Assembly: GCA_040954595.2 (NCBI GenBank)
Contig: CM082577.2
Coordinates: 13,833,903-13,897,902, forward strand
Source of the DNA: Balanoglossus misakiensis
Lineage: Eukaryota; Animalia; Hemichordata
Direction: 5' to 3'
DNA length: 64,000 nucleotides
Part shown: positions 36,199-50,554 of the stretch, one piece after another
How the letters are laid out: every line of letters starts with the position of its first letter
Position numbering within the stretch: position 1 is the stretch's first letter
Notes under the pieces: model-generated
Seen by the model: only the letters and a program-made list of their open reading frames with translations
Told to the model about the DNA's origin: nothing
Database searches by the model: none
Made by a program: the position numbers and the translations under genes

Positions 36199-39100
36199 CT
36201 AGACCACCGTTGAGAGAGAAACTTTTACATCCTGGTCCTGCTCAATGACATCAGTGATGTAACTTTGATTTTCATGACCCTTTTTCTTCCATGTTGAATC
36301 ACTATCCTCAGGATTCCTGTCAGTTTTGGCCTGTGACCTTTGCCTGGGCGATCTCTCCTCCTGATTTCTGGTGTCGTTTCCTTCTGGGTGTGTTACCTTG
36401 GTAACAGTTTTTGGGTCGTAGAAATATTTGAGACTTGATGCATTTTCTCTTGTACTTTCTGTGAACCCGGTATTGTTATTGATAATGACAGACTCGGGAT
36501 CAGTTGTATTCTCTAGCTCTGACCCAATCACTTGATCCAGGTTTCCCATTTTGCGACTTCTGAAGAAAGCTCTTGCGAAGATCCCAAGTGCAAAGAATTC
36601 ACACACGACCAGGAAGTTGTATATATCTGAAAAATGTAAAATTTCTCTGTGAATAAGTGATTTAAGTCGACGAAACTGGTTGGTGTTTAAACAGAGTCAG
36701 AGGCGATCTCTGACATAGAGGGCGCTGTTACGTTCGCGTCATTGCAATCAGTGCGTGAAGTTATACAACACACTACCTAGATTTAGTATGTCATATCATG
36801 AATGAAATACAGTTAATATTGTACGTTGGTGTAAATATCTGGTGATATGTCTTGGAAGAGAGTAGAATCTTGCCAAGGCACTCATTGTATCCCCAAACAC
36901 TGCCCACTCCAACACATATCGTCCAAAATTTCACCCTATCTCACATGCAACTCATACTGGTTGGTATACTGATACATACATGTACATACAAACTTGAATG
37001 CGTGGGTGTGTACAGTGCCTCATCCCAGGCGCTCTGAATCACTGAGACCATACAGCTGTTCTGTATCACAAGTTTTTCACCCTGCAGAAAAAAATCTAAT
37101 TCTCTGCCCCATACCCAACCCATCATGAAAATGACACGTAAGACAACATTTGACTTACGATAGGTCAGTCCCAGACTACTGAATATGCCCGTACAGGGAA
37201 TGACACCGATTGCCGAGAGGAAAGCCAATACGGCGAGTTGAATGTTACTGAATATCATTGACAACTGGATGGCTAGGTACTTGGAAGTGATCCTATAATC
37301 TTTCAGTTTCATCTTGGAGGATTGGTAGACGATTGCTAAGGCCTGCATGGCACCCATTGTTGAAACCAAGGATATCAACGACAGCCAGAAGTAAGGTTTA
37401 GATATGGTCATCTGAAATGGAAAACATGCAGAGGAATTTGTCAGTGGAGGACCGGGAGCTTGGATGAAAAATAGGACTTCCACTATTTACCTATTCGGCA
37501 TGTTACAATGACGAGAAATGCATTTTCAAAGTACTCACTTCACCCGGTATGTAGCGGCCATCAGTCCACAGAACCGCTGACACAAATAACGTCGCTGGTT
37601 GGATGAAAGCAACCTGCAGAACTCCACGACGTAGCCACGGCTGGGTTGATCTGAATAAAACATAACAGCACATTGTGATAAGTCCGGCATTTTTAAATCA
37701 GAAAACTTTGTATTCTTTTCCATCTACTGTGTAATACTAAGTCCCCATTCGGGCTGGGGTGTCATTTCCGATGCCATATCATCGGAAATCACTCGGTGAG
37801 TTCTAGTCCTATCAAGGGATTGGTCAGAATATGGCGTGCAAAGCATGCGATGAAAATCGAGACATTAAGGTGAAAGAAAGGTGACCGACGATCCGAAATC
37901 AGTTTACAAATACAATGTATTATATTGAAAGGTCCGTTCGTTAACCATTTTGAATAACTGAAACTAATACAACTCTAAACTAAGGCAGTCACTAGCGGGA
38001 ATTAACGTCACCCGACGTTGTTTCAGTGTGATTTAGTTATCATTTTCAAATGTCGGCATTGTTAACACTGTCAATGAAAATTGAAAGTGATATAATCGCC
38101 ACGTAAAATTGCCATCAGTTCTATTTGTCGTGTAATAAAATTCATCAAAATAAACAAATAAATAAATAAATAAATATTCACTTACTTGGTAATTTGTATC
38201 GTTGGAAGACAGAGACAACAGCACAAGACAGGCGGAACACGGACTTTAACATCAACGTCTTTCATCACCAAAATCATAGCATTTCTTCCGCCGTAATAAT
38301 CAATAATCAGCATTAAAAACTGATAGATCGCGACAGAGAAATACCTGTGTTGAACAATGCGAACATAAGTAAATCTAGGCATACCTATGTTTGTAAATCT
38401 CCGTTTGAGAAATAACGTCAGTATTCCTATTCTGTTCCTATTCTGTTCCCACTGAAGTGTATATATAGAAATAAATGTGTACGTTCATACACAGTGAGTG
38501 TTTGGTCTTGTTTGGTGGTTGATATATTTTCTTGTCAACTGAGATGTACAGACTGTAAATGGGTGTAAAATACCACTAAGCGATGGCTCAACAAATTATA
38601 CACAACTTAAATGTATACATTGATGCAAGAGGGGGTGGCTCTCCGTTCAAAGCAATGTGCGATAATCACAGGTCATGCACTGATTACCACCACCACCACC
38701 ACCACTCAAACTCGTCACCACCACCACCACCACCACCACCACCACCACCACCACCACCACCACCACCACCACCACCACCACCACCACCACCACCACCACC
38801 ACCACCACCACCACCACCACTCAAACTCGTCACCACCACCACCACCACCACCACCACCACCACCACCAGCAATAATACCATTACTACTACAACGATGATG
38901 ACGAGATCGGTGTTTTAAGCCACAATGAACTAAAAAATCATCATCATCATCACTTACACTGAACTTGCACACATTGTGATTAACGTAGACCGTGGCAGGT
39001 AAAGTGCAAGTAGCGATGTTGTACTGAAAATCTAGAGAGGAGGAAAAAGAGGAAAGAAAAGAACAACATGTAATTGCTCCACCACATATACTGGTAATTT

Positions 39101-40303
39101 CTCAACACGTCTGTATAAATCGTTACCATGGTAAATAAGACCCATCGTAAACTTCATGGCTATGATATTACGAATTAATTTTCTTTCAATGCCCGCTACA
39201 CCCCCACCGCTTCGAGACATCTTTGGTATCAGTTCTCGACAGACGCACCGTCTCTCGGAATTCAGCTCAAAACAAGACTCTTACAACTTTAACTGAACAC
39301 ACCGCCCCATTGAGCATGCGCATACCACTAACATCCAATCAATTCAGCTTACCGGGAATATGCCCAGGATCCAGATCAACCGATTTCTGCGTATTTTCAC
39401 CGGAATTTTAGCGCGCACGTACATGACTGACTCAAAGAACAAGATCACACTGAACAACGTCAGCACCGGAGCGATAGTGTAGAGAATAATCTGGACGGTG
39501 GTTGGGTCTGTGAAAGTAGGATTAATCAGATAAAAAAAAAACTATTTTCTCCGTAGAGAAATTAAGAGAAGCCGAGAACTGAGGCATGTAAATGAACATC
39601 GAAGATCCTCCACATACATTGCTCGCTATTCCATAAACAAGGATTGATATACAGTGAAAATAGATGCCTCCTTTTTTACTGAAAATAATTACTCGATCTG
39701 TTAGTGTGAAGTCAGGTAGCGCCTTTATCTTTGCCAGTGTACGATTGTCTTTGAGAAATTTAAGCAATGCAATATTACGGTATTATTATTATACCAATAT
39801 ATTGATGGTGTAAATCACGCTATTTTATTGGTCGAGACACGACACGTGACTGTGACATATTCGTCACATACCACAGTCCTATATCACGCAAAACTCATAG
39901 TCAAAGAAAATGCCTTTTTAAAATGTTTTATGCAAAGTTTCAATATACTGGTATAATATAATAGCAATAAAACACACCCAGCCATGGTATACCACGAGAT
40001 TTTGACCAGTTCACGACATATACGCACGAGCGATAGCGAGTGCGTATATGGAGTTCAACTGGTCAAAATCAATATCATAATTTGTGACCTGCTCGAGGGA
40101 TGACGTTCTCTGACCATTATATTCGTCACCGAAATGGCAAATGAAGGCGTTGGGAAGCAAGTATACCTCAGAATGATTTGAAAAATTATCAAACTATAGT
40201 AAATATGAACATGCTAATTGAATGTGCTGGAGTCTATATTCTTACCTGCGTAGAGTTCGTAAGTGTAAGGCATGTCCTTGTTATTGGAACAGTTGCTCGC
40301 CAT
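36199..40303 (-). CDS. SLC51A: Organic solute transporter alpha-like protein (SLC51A/OSTalpha family), 412 aa
   Basis: Exons 40246-40303, 39353-39507, 38958-39031, 38186-38344, 37539-37650, 37159-37411, 36199-36626 (1239 nt) in frame. Multiple hydrophobic helices, LYLPRS, the Cys cluster PPVLCCCLCLP, VLQVAFIQP, VLWTDGRY, GVIPC and NFLVVCEF. An acceptor just before the ATG implies upstream UTR exon(s). Confidence 0.88.
38686..38870. repeat. (CCA)n trinucleotide microsatellite in an OSTalpha intron
   Basis: Long CAC/CCA run with two identical interruptions (TCAAACTCGT). Confidence 0.95.
39788..40070. mobile_element. Internally palindromic element (Crypton-like, tentative)
   Basis: IR TTATACCARTATATTGA / TCAATATACTGGTATAA plus hairpin GATTTTGACCAGTT...ATATACGCACGAGCGATAGCGAGTGCGTATAT...AACTGGTCAAAATC. 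Confidence 0.5.
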
Positions 40304-43300
40304 TCTGCTGGATCTTTTTGTCTTTATATCAATTACTGGATCATTTGCATGAAAACCTAGAACATGCATGAAACGATTTATGACAGGTGTAAAATCAGAA
40401 CAGATGTTGGGACCAGCTACCAATTGTTTCGTTTTGCTGATATTCATATGCAAAAAGCTATCACTACACCGACTTTTTAAATTTTCCAATATAACCAAAA
40501 TACTCAGCTTTAATACTGATACATATATTTAGTTTGAACACCAATTCATTATATGAAGGGACTTACGGGAACACGTTTTATTTGAGCAAATACCACATTC
40601 CCGTTGAGACTAACCATGAGTGGGTCCAGTATTTCTCGAGTTTTGATGTCCCGGCCCAAAGTTCAATGCAGCTATTACTAAATAATTGTCAAACAATGAG
40701 TTCTGTTATATACCTAAAATCAAAGCGTTTAATTTATTATATTTTGTATGGGATATTTTGACTTTTAAGATTTGTAAACCAACACTTTTCACCGAGATAA
40801 GGCCGCATTTCTGTTCAAATTAATATAACTGAACAATCTTGAATGACTTCGCCCCCTTCTCAACTCTGATTCCCGGTGTATATTTGACGTAGTTGTCAAC
40901 TGTTTTGACGCGACCTGTATTCCATGTCCTTCTCGTCACTGTAGTCTTTTGGTAGCGGCGTTAGGAAAATAGGTTTTGGGCGTGTGAGTTGGTTTCTCTC
41001 AGTTATTTATCTGAAGTCATATACACCGGGATGTCAGGATGTGAAATAGCTGTACACTCGGAAGATAAATTGATACAAGTTTATGACCATGCTGGTAGAC
41101 CGCTGCGGTGACACACTAACCACACGGGGATTTGGCGCGATCATGACAACAACTAAAGATCAAACAAAATATCAATAAAATGCACTCTGTTCTCTCATAA
41201 ACGATTTACAAACGCCGTCTATTCACAAAGGATTTTATTTTGGTAAATAACAATTCTCGTCTAGGCAAATTTACTTCTACTTAACCTTGAAAAAATTTCT
41301 AATAGCACGATTGCGTATTCTATGATTGGCTTCAGGTGTAGAGAATCGAGAAAATGTTTCTCAACTATTTGCGAACGCGCCTTGGCTCATGCAATAATGG
41401 ATTGACCAGGTAAACATTCAAAATCGATGTGTTTGAAATTGATTTTGTTTAAACAAGATATTTAAACAACTGTTGAAGGCGTTGCCGACAGAAACCAAAG
41501 GTCGTTTTTCGTATCTGTTTGTTGGAAATAATCTACAATTACCCCGGTCATTTTTTATCAAATAGTCAATATTGACAGATAATTATTGAACATGACAGAT
41601 TTGGAGGATAGCATATACATGTACATTGACTTCACAGGCTGCTGTTGTAGGAGTCTTGCGTGGGTACACGTTTTACGCACTGTGTAGACAGTATGCACAT
41701 GTGTGTATGTACATGTAATGTATATGTATGTATTTGTGTCTGTGTATTTGTGTGATAGTATGTTCACATGCATGCATGTACGTATGTCTCAATTTTCTAT
41801 ATCCGTCTGCCTTTCTGTCTCCGCCCCAGACACTCCGCTCTATCGTATTCCATGTCGGACAACGGAAATGGCGTTCAACATAATCACACAGGTTGTCGTC
41901 GGTTTGGGGACGAATTACGCAAAGCAAAACAACACAGTTGACAGAATGGCTGAACTTGTATTATAGAAAAAAAATCGCATATTTGTGCTTCTTTGGGGGG
42001 GGGGGGCAGTGACGAGGGTAACGGACTTACTATCGAAAGAAGTTATGCTCTTGGATAGTGTGTTATACTTCTGACCGCAGGAGTTCAGTGGCGGGCACCC
42101 CCCCCCCCCCTCACGTGTTGAGGGGGGTTGGGTTGAATAGAAGGCAATAAATAAGGAAAAAATTACAGTCGGTATTATCGGTGACGTATTGTTTATCCAT
42201 TTAGGAGACCAAGTCCTTGAGACCTACGCAATTTACATACAAATATCTTAAATCAGTCAACACGCAATAAAATACCTAATGACATATCTTGGCTACCTTT
42301 ATGTAACATGATTCAAAACGGAGTGTTAACGGGTGCAGTGTAACAATAATTTCATTATTGAAGTAAAATTATCTTTGGAATATAACTGTAGATGTTGTCG
42401 TATTACTAACAAAGTTACTTTCTCGCGTTTTAAACCTCCTTGTTTGACGTGGCATGATAACAGTTACCTGACAAATTTAGTGTTTTTTTTTTGTGGTGAC
42501 CTTTATGGAAATTCAGGCTTGTCCATTTGCACTTTATACGGCTAAAATTTTCGATAAATATTTTCCTCGGAGGCCATAAACCATTTGGTAGTCCTAGGTT
42601 TGTTGGAATAGTCTATTTAATGTCTGTCAGGGTCGTGTTTACGTTGAGTGAACTTAATGTCAAGTAGCTATTGCTCATTCTGTGTTTACACACAAAGTAA
42701 AAACGCACATGCTGTAAACAATATGTCGACTATATTAATTTGGACACTTCTTACCCCAGTCTCAGTATAGTAATTATGTCATATATAAACTCATTTGTTT
42801 TTGGCAAGATTAATTTTACTATTAATATTAATATTTTCATTGACAGCATGGGAATTAAAATGTCCGCCAGTTTTGTTTTATGACAGAAAATATTATTATC
42901 ACACAATTAACAATCTTTGTTAGTTCACCGCAAACTAGCTCTATAGAGTAATGTGCATTTTGAAAACTGCCGGGAAACTGGGGACAAAATTTATCAAAGA
43001 CTGTGTTGTTTGAGAAAGATTTGTGTTGATCTCCACAGAATTCGTCACAAGATCAGTGTTTTCCTGACATCTTGTTATTTGATAGGTGTTCACCCCTTTT
43101 CTCTACCTCTCTATTTTGACCAAACACCTTGTGTGCATGGTGCGTCACTCGTCAATATTCTTATGGAAATTTGAAGTTATGACTTTAAAACAGTGGTGTC
43201 AGTTCACCTGACGAAGCAGTCAAAACGCGTTGCTTACCCACTGACATTGTACAGTCATAGCATTGAATTCCCTGAGAAAAGAAACTGTCGCTCGTTTTGT

Positions 43301-44318
43301 ACTTCGCTGACATACCAGTTTACCTATCGAATCATGTCAAGGATATTAGGCTCGTAGTACACTGAACTCTACAACTTTCACGATAGCCACTGTGGTGAGT
43401 GTGGCGGCGTTATCGGAACTCGACAAACATTGGCGTTACTAATGGCGGCAGCCTTTACCCACTTAATTGTGTGAAAGTCTCAACTTACCGTAGGAATTCA
43501 GCAGCACCAGTCCGACCGAGGCTCAAGCCAGCTGTCCCACGAACACTAATGGCCAACTTGTTTATACAAAGCTGCTTCTGTACCTTTAGTGTGCATGTGT
43601 CGGAATTTCTTTGTCATTATAATCTTTATGATTATGGCATTTCTTCAGACGATGAATTTATGGCAGCCTCACTGTACGTTTGTTAAATATTTACTCGCGA
43701 TAGTTCACCTGTTGCGCCAACTTCGCTGCACGCACCGGGTCATTTTATAGTTTATGACATCATGCAGCATTACTCACTGAGTTGCCAAGCCCAACTGGTG
43801 ACGTCCGTCTTTACTCAACATTAATTTTCTTGAGCTACTGCGGTGTGTCGACAACGATAAGAGAGACAAGTAGAAAGGCTGGCATGCATTGGCCATCTCA
43901 AGTCATCATTTTCAGAATGCAAAAGTAGTCCTAATGATCGCTTCATTTGGTTTATTTGAAGTGGCAGTTGTCTTCAATGGGGACTGGGCAAGGCGCTTTG
44001 ATAAATTTGTGAGACAACGTGTTTGTGTATACCTTCCTAAAACACGTAGCACAGGAGTTGAAACTTTGATAGATGTCAAATAAACATCTGACGTTTACTC
44101 CGTAAGTCAACATGAGACCGTGTTTAATAATTGTATTAACAATAATACATATATTATACCAAAAGAGTGCAATTCCCCTTTACATTCCCCTGGGCAAATC
44201 CCCCACGCGTGACACTAGTACGCGGCAGTCTAGTACTAGTGCAGTTCCTTGCCCCATTCTCTATTACAGTTTAGGATTTAGGGAATGTTTTTAGCTTTCA
44301 AAGGCAAAAAATCATAAT

Positions 44319-44565
44319 AATGGCGTGGTTCCGATAACATGAAGCTTGTCACAAATAGGGTATGTAGGTAGGGAGTTAATTTTTTGTCATTTTCCGGTTT
44401 TTAATAGCTTTAAAATCATGTCATTTTAAGTTTCGCGTGATTTTGCTTTTTCTCAGTTTTTTAATTTATCGCTGAAATTTGAACTTACGCGTTGACGTTC
44501 CCGTAGAAAGTTTAGTGTCGGTGGGTTTAAAATATAGAACGGTCGGTTATCGGAATCACGCCATT
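44319..44565. mobile_element. MITE with 20-bp TIRs
   Basis: AATGGCGTGGTTCCGATAAC / GTTATCGGAATCACGCCATT. Confidence 0.6.
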
Positions 44566-47500
44566 GATTTTATACAAGTTATTATTTTTTTCTCTCTGTA
44601 TTATTTAGTCCATCCGCCCTATCCAGATATGAATTATGCCTGACATCATTACAACGTAATGTGTTGTAATTGTTTGGTTAATTAGAGCTCTCTTAGCTCT
44701 TCTGTTGAATCGGCTAAACGACATTAATCGCTGCAGTTAATGTGAAAACCAAAGTCAGCATGAAGTACCGTGTGTCTTTGAACTCAAAAGTGACCACCTG
44801 TCCCTCGATAAGTTACTCGCGTAAAAATATACCTGTCAAAGTCGCGGTGACTACTGCAACCGTTACCTTGGGAACTCTTTGGGCGCTGCGCTTTGATGCC
44901 ACCATACTTTTTCAGGTCTTCGGAAATGTGTTACTGGAATTGGCCAGTTTAGAACTTTCGTATTACATAACTTTAACAAACTTGGTTCTTCTGACACTGT
45001 TATGCAAACTGTATATTTTTCTATGTAAAGTCAACATATCGCATTCCCTGCTTAGGAATACTCTAGCACAAGCGTCTTCTAAGACACGTGGCTCTAATAC
45101 AGATCCCAGTTCATGCCATGATTCAAACAATTGTGGTATCCGAATTCGAAGCAAATGCATCAGTAAGTTGACAGTTAAGAAGTATATTCAGCCAATTCGT
45201 AGCATACATGCAAGGGAGATTACGTCACAACTATTAATTGCACAAAGCTGATATCAGAGACATTCCGTACGTGATGTATAGGCGACACGCCTTGGTATAA
45301 TACAACTAAGCATCACATCAGACCGAAATTTAACAAGATGGACATTTGTGGCCTGTCGAGACGACACTATAATTCATGAGATAGCTGTACTTGCCGCTCT
45401 ATATCTATCATAGTGACTCGGTGTCAAAGGTCATGCCTACCGCACTGGTCGTAAATCTACATGAAGTCTGTGACGTATTTTAAGACATGTTGTGTGTTTC
45501 GTTAGACAGGTGCAAATATTGTTCATACATATAATTATAGTGTCAATGCATGTCATGTAGACCATAACAACTTAAAATAAGGAGCAGTTTGGTTCAATGT
45601 CAGTGAGGACTCTAAGAACAAACGCAGGAGAGAATATAGAAACTTAAATCGAGACCTGTGCAATCTGTAGGGTTATACTAAAGCTAACTGATTGTCAATA
45701 TATGGGTGCGATGTATACACTAAACACATTTCCCGTCGAACATTTAAATCAGCTCACATTTACTATCTTGTTGTTGATGTTGTTGTGTCTGGTAACTTTC
45801 TGTGTAGTTTGGTTTATTTTGAGGCCACCGTGATTGGTTGCTGAACTTGATCATCCCAGGTTAATCCATAAATGGTGGCCATCATTGTGTAGCCTTGGAT
45901 GGGATTTATCATTATGACTGTTGTAAACAACCACACACACAGGTTTAATCACGTCACAACCTGAAATATTGCGATGTGAATGAAACAGCTGTCTTTCTTG
46001 TTTTGGCCACAGTGTGGTGCAATAGATATATCAGTATAAAGGTAATGTCGAAAGTCAACCAATGTGTGGTCTGTATTAAAGCTAAAATAAAGATCCTGAA
46101 GAGTATTTGATTCGACTGTCTTTGATGAAACAGAATTAGCCGATGTTTCCATGAATTGGCATTATTTCGGTATTAACGTGAAGTCTGCGGGTATTTTATC
46201 GAAAAATGGGTGAAATATTGAGAAAAACTGACAAAATTGCACACAAAAACATGTGGTCGGCGAGGGCGCTTTTTAACTAACATAAAGGGGGACACGATGA
46301 CGTAGGCCTAAATTTTACGATCGATCGGTCGAGCCATTTTTTCATTATTTTCATTTGATCACTGAAAACCCCTGTATGGATCTTAAACAGATCACAAATA
46401 ATATCTGTGAATAAACACAGTAGACATACTTCAGAATTCTACTACCGGTAGTATTTACACGAAGGATCAATGTACACTTGCAAAGAACGGACGGACTTGC
46501 GAAGAGCTCGTTTAAAACTGTCCTACACGGCCGTACGCGCCTTGTACCCACTCCGCTGAGCGCTTGTAAATATTGTACGCGCGACACTCACTCGCACTGC
46601 CATACCGGCCATGAGATTATGAAACACGCACACACAAGGCATGGAAGGCTATGAACCATAAAACTGAAAGAAAGTTTTGGTGTCGCGAATAAAACAAAAA
46701 AAAAATGTTTTCACTTACCTCGCCGGCCATTCTCGGTGTAATCGTTGCGTCGCAACATGGAGCTAGCTCAATGGTCGCTTTAGAATCTATATATATTTAC
46801 TGGTCCTTGAGCATTACTTGATCTAAAACATGGTTCGTCGGCTTTGTCAGCAACACGAGCAGACCGAAGACAAAACAAGTGGGTTTTCATATAAACTTTT
46901 ATTCATTAACCTCCCCGGACAAAACTGTTGAGTGGAATTCCTAAATAACATTCACTCCACCGTCCAAAGGAACAGCAAGTCTGAGCCGACACAGAATACT
47001 AGAAAACTGGAATTCAATAAACACGTGCAATGAATATTACAAAACACATGTGTCAACTTAAATACGGGTAACCAAACAAGTCGTGCTTTTTAATACGAAT
47101 TATTTGATCTATAAATATGAAATTACAATACAGTAAATTGTCATAGAAAAAAAAACTATGTGATAGAGTAGTGATAAGAAAAAAAAAGCAGATTGGATTC
47201 CACAGGAATGAGCGGCATTCGGACGACAAGACACGACTTGACTCCTGAAGTCAACTTTCATTTTATCAAAAGCCTTGCCGAACCCAGGAGAACTGAATGA
47301 GGTCAGCTGGAGATGAGCCAGATGCGTAGGAGTTGGTTTGATACGCACCGTTGCATCAGCACGTAGAAAACAATTAACTGCAATTGTATGAGCACTGCCA
47401 AGACATGTTTCGTCTCGGTTGAACTGCAAGTCGATGCGTTATGGGTGGCGATTTATCAGTTTGTAAAAAAAACTCTTTATTTCACAAGACAATGGAAAGA

Positions 47501-48370
47501 AAGTGTAGTTTATAGAGACACTGTGCGGTCGGAAAATAACACGCAAACATTTGGGTCAGGGCCATGGTTCACTTTTTTTCGAAAATAAGACAGAATTGTT
47601 GTCAGGGGGATCGCGTGGTACGTCGACGGGAAATGGCACAAAGACATTGTTTCATCATGGCCGCACAGGGGGAAAACGATGACTGAACCATGGTGGAATA
47701 TCGGAATTCCGTCGACTATAAATGAAATGATCACAACCAATACATTCAAATAGAAAGTCCTCTCGTTTATTTTGGGCTTGTTCATATATGTTCTGTCTTG
47801 TCGGTCATATTAAATGGGCAAGTGCGTTGAAGCCACGCAAAATAAAATTAATGAAATAATCTACAATAAATACAAAAAGTCAGATTCAAATAATCAAGTA
47901 TACAACTAAAAATATGGTCAGTCTACGCGCTACCACTGGTTAAACTGGTCGTCGTTTTCTGCTCTGTTAGAAATTTTTTTTTCTGGTTTGGTTCAGAGAC
48001 CTAACGCTTTTTCAAAGTTTCAAAGTTATGTTTTTTAGGGCGACGTCTTAAGACAGTTTTTGTCACGTCAAGCTCCATGCATGTATCAGAACAATTGTAA
48101 TAAAGTATTATTGAAATAAAGCTGTGTGGCAGCATAGCCACACACTGTAAGGATTGTGGTGTGGCCTGTTTATTGTTAAATAGCTCGAGAGAAGAGACAA
48201 AACACATTCAGCTCAAACTGTTGTCATTGTATATGGAGATGAAGTGCACACGGGACGCAATGTGATTAATGTGCGTGGGTGGTAATGAAGAACCAAACTG
48301 GTACGTCGGTAGTAAACTGTTCATTTCGAGGTCGGACTACTGTTGAAAGAGTGTGAAACAGCACCAAACA

Positions 48371-50443
48371 ATGGGGCACTACTCGATTTTAGTTCTCTAC
48401 TTTTGTCTTTTCACTTTGACTCCTGGACCAGCCCTGGTGGATGGTTTCTCTTGCAAAAACAACGACAACCATAATGTTGACTGGTGAGCTGTTTGGTTAT
48501 ACATAACATATCATATCAAACATATTTGTCGTCTATGTTCACTCAAACACGGCCTTCTTCGGAGGTTAAGTTGTTGATTATTTCATGCAATGTAAATTAT
48601 AATGGTTAAATGTCACAGGATGACCGCTTGCTTCACGGTAGAGTTGATTTTCAGACCCCTCTGAGTCAGAGCCCTCTGAAGTTACAGAACCCGGACCTCA
48701 GAATTTTTTTAACCTCAGATATAACCCCAAAATTTACCTGTATAATTAAATAAAACGATTCCAAATAGGTGTAAAGTTGCCAAAATTACTCCTGCAGAAA
48801 ATACGCAATTAAAGGCAATTAATGCGCATTACTTGCACAGCAAGATGATATCCATGGCGACCCCTTTGTTTAGAACCCCCTCTTTTCCTATTTAAAATTT
48901 TATACCACATTGGTGAAATTTCAAACGGTCATACTGTGTTTAATGTAACACATATCACAATATAGTTAATGTTTAAGGATGATGCTTGGTGAAAGTAATG
49001 GGAGAATGTAGGTATGACAGGCAACTTCACTCGTTTTGCGAGCATCCGTTTTTGCTTTTGTCCCATTGCTGTGTCTGTTTTCCATTTTTGCTTGCTTAGT
49101 GTCGCGCGCTTTGCCACTCCCTGCCCGTGAGATGCTGCCCTTTTTCTATTAATTATGTTTGATACATGACACCGTTTATGTTATTCTACATTGGATATAG
49201 TGAATCAACGGTCCACCACACACAAATTACATCCTGTTTGTGGAATATGAGAGTAAAAATTTCACCAAAATGAAAAAATGGTAACTACCGATTATTCAAT
49301 TTGGCGAGGTTTTTGCGAGAAGTTGCGTCCAACCCTTCTGATGGTCGAATACTTAAAATATGTATCATACGCTAAAAGACCCCCTTTAGCCATTTCCGGT
49401 TTGACGGGAATATAAGCGAAATTCATTGTTGATGATATTTACCTTGACTAATTTCGTAAAGTGCGGACAATGATGTTTTGTAGTCGAAGGATAAAATCTC
49501 CATTTCTGCAACAATTTTGCTACCACCGGAGATCGTGAGTGTCATGTGGTCATGTATTTGTCATTAAAAGATCTGGTTTGATTTGTTGAAATACTGACCA
49601 ATCACCGTTTGCGAAACGTGATCTTATATATTGATTGGCTAAAGGCGGTCAGCCTTTCTCACTTCTGCCGAAACGAAAACCGCAAGTCATACGCATCAGT
49701 TTTAAATTTTACTGCTCCAGGTTCATAGTGTACAAGATGCCAATAGTGAGACGTCACACTAATATTAACTTAAGAACCGGAAAGGGTTTCTACTACATGG
49801 ACAACAACAATCCGGCGTGGGCCTTACAGAATACAGCAGTTGATGGCGCTGCTTATGCAATTCCACACACACTTCAACAGTTGTATGCCCACTTTGGTGC
49901 TCAGGTAAATACTATCATAGTATTAATACTATTTGTTGATTTAATTTAATACACAGAGAGTCAGAGTTTAGATTAGATCTTGAGAAGTGTGATGACCGTA
50001 TACATCGATTGATGATGTCGGACATGCTGATTCTAAAAGATTGTAGAGTTTGTTTATCGTCGTCGTCACGTTAAGAAAGATGGAACTTAAGAGAGATGAA
50101 ATCTCTGAGTCGGATTATTGAGAGCACTCAGTCAAAATCAATAAAAAGCACGGGTGAAGCGGGATTCCGACGGCATAATGGCCTGTCAAGGAAATAATAT
50201 TTGTAAATCACCCGTTGTTGCCTTACATACCGTAATCGGTAGAATTTGATCAGTGGTTGACGTTAAAACTGCACAGAAATTCTTGCATTTGTACCCGCAA
50301 GGGTACATTATCGCAGAAGTCACCTTTATGGAATCCAAATTCAAAATTACCAACTTTATCCGGGTTATAAGTACTCATTATTGGTTTCCACAGCAACACG
50401 CACACAGACCTACGGGCGCCCACACATATACACACATCCACGT

Positions 50444-50494
<51 letters not shown>

Positions 50495-50502
50495 CACACA
50501 CA

Positions 50503-50554
<52 letters not shown>

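Noticed and set aside
38583-38972. Poly-Pro, poly-His, poly-Gly and poly-Trp ORFs
   Set aside because: Translations of the intronic (CCA)n microsatellite.
44742-45251. 169-aa ORF
   Set aside because: GTG start, no recognisable domain, no supporting splice structure.
47560-47755. Frame reading IAWYVDGKW...WWNIG, reminiscent of a ConA/LamG or GH16 strand
   Set aside because: Too short, with no flanking exons or catalytic motif.
48001-48207. Duplicated ORF MCFVSSLELF... (also 56210-56413)
   Set aside because: Antisense translation of the duplicated DNase II upstream region; no recognisable protein features.
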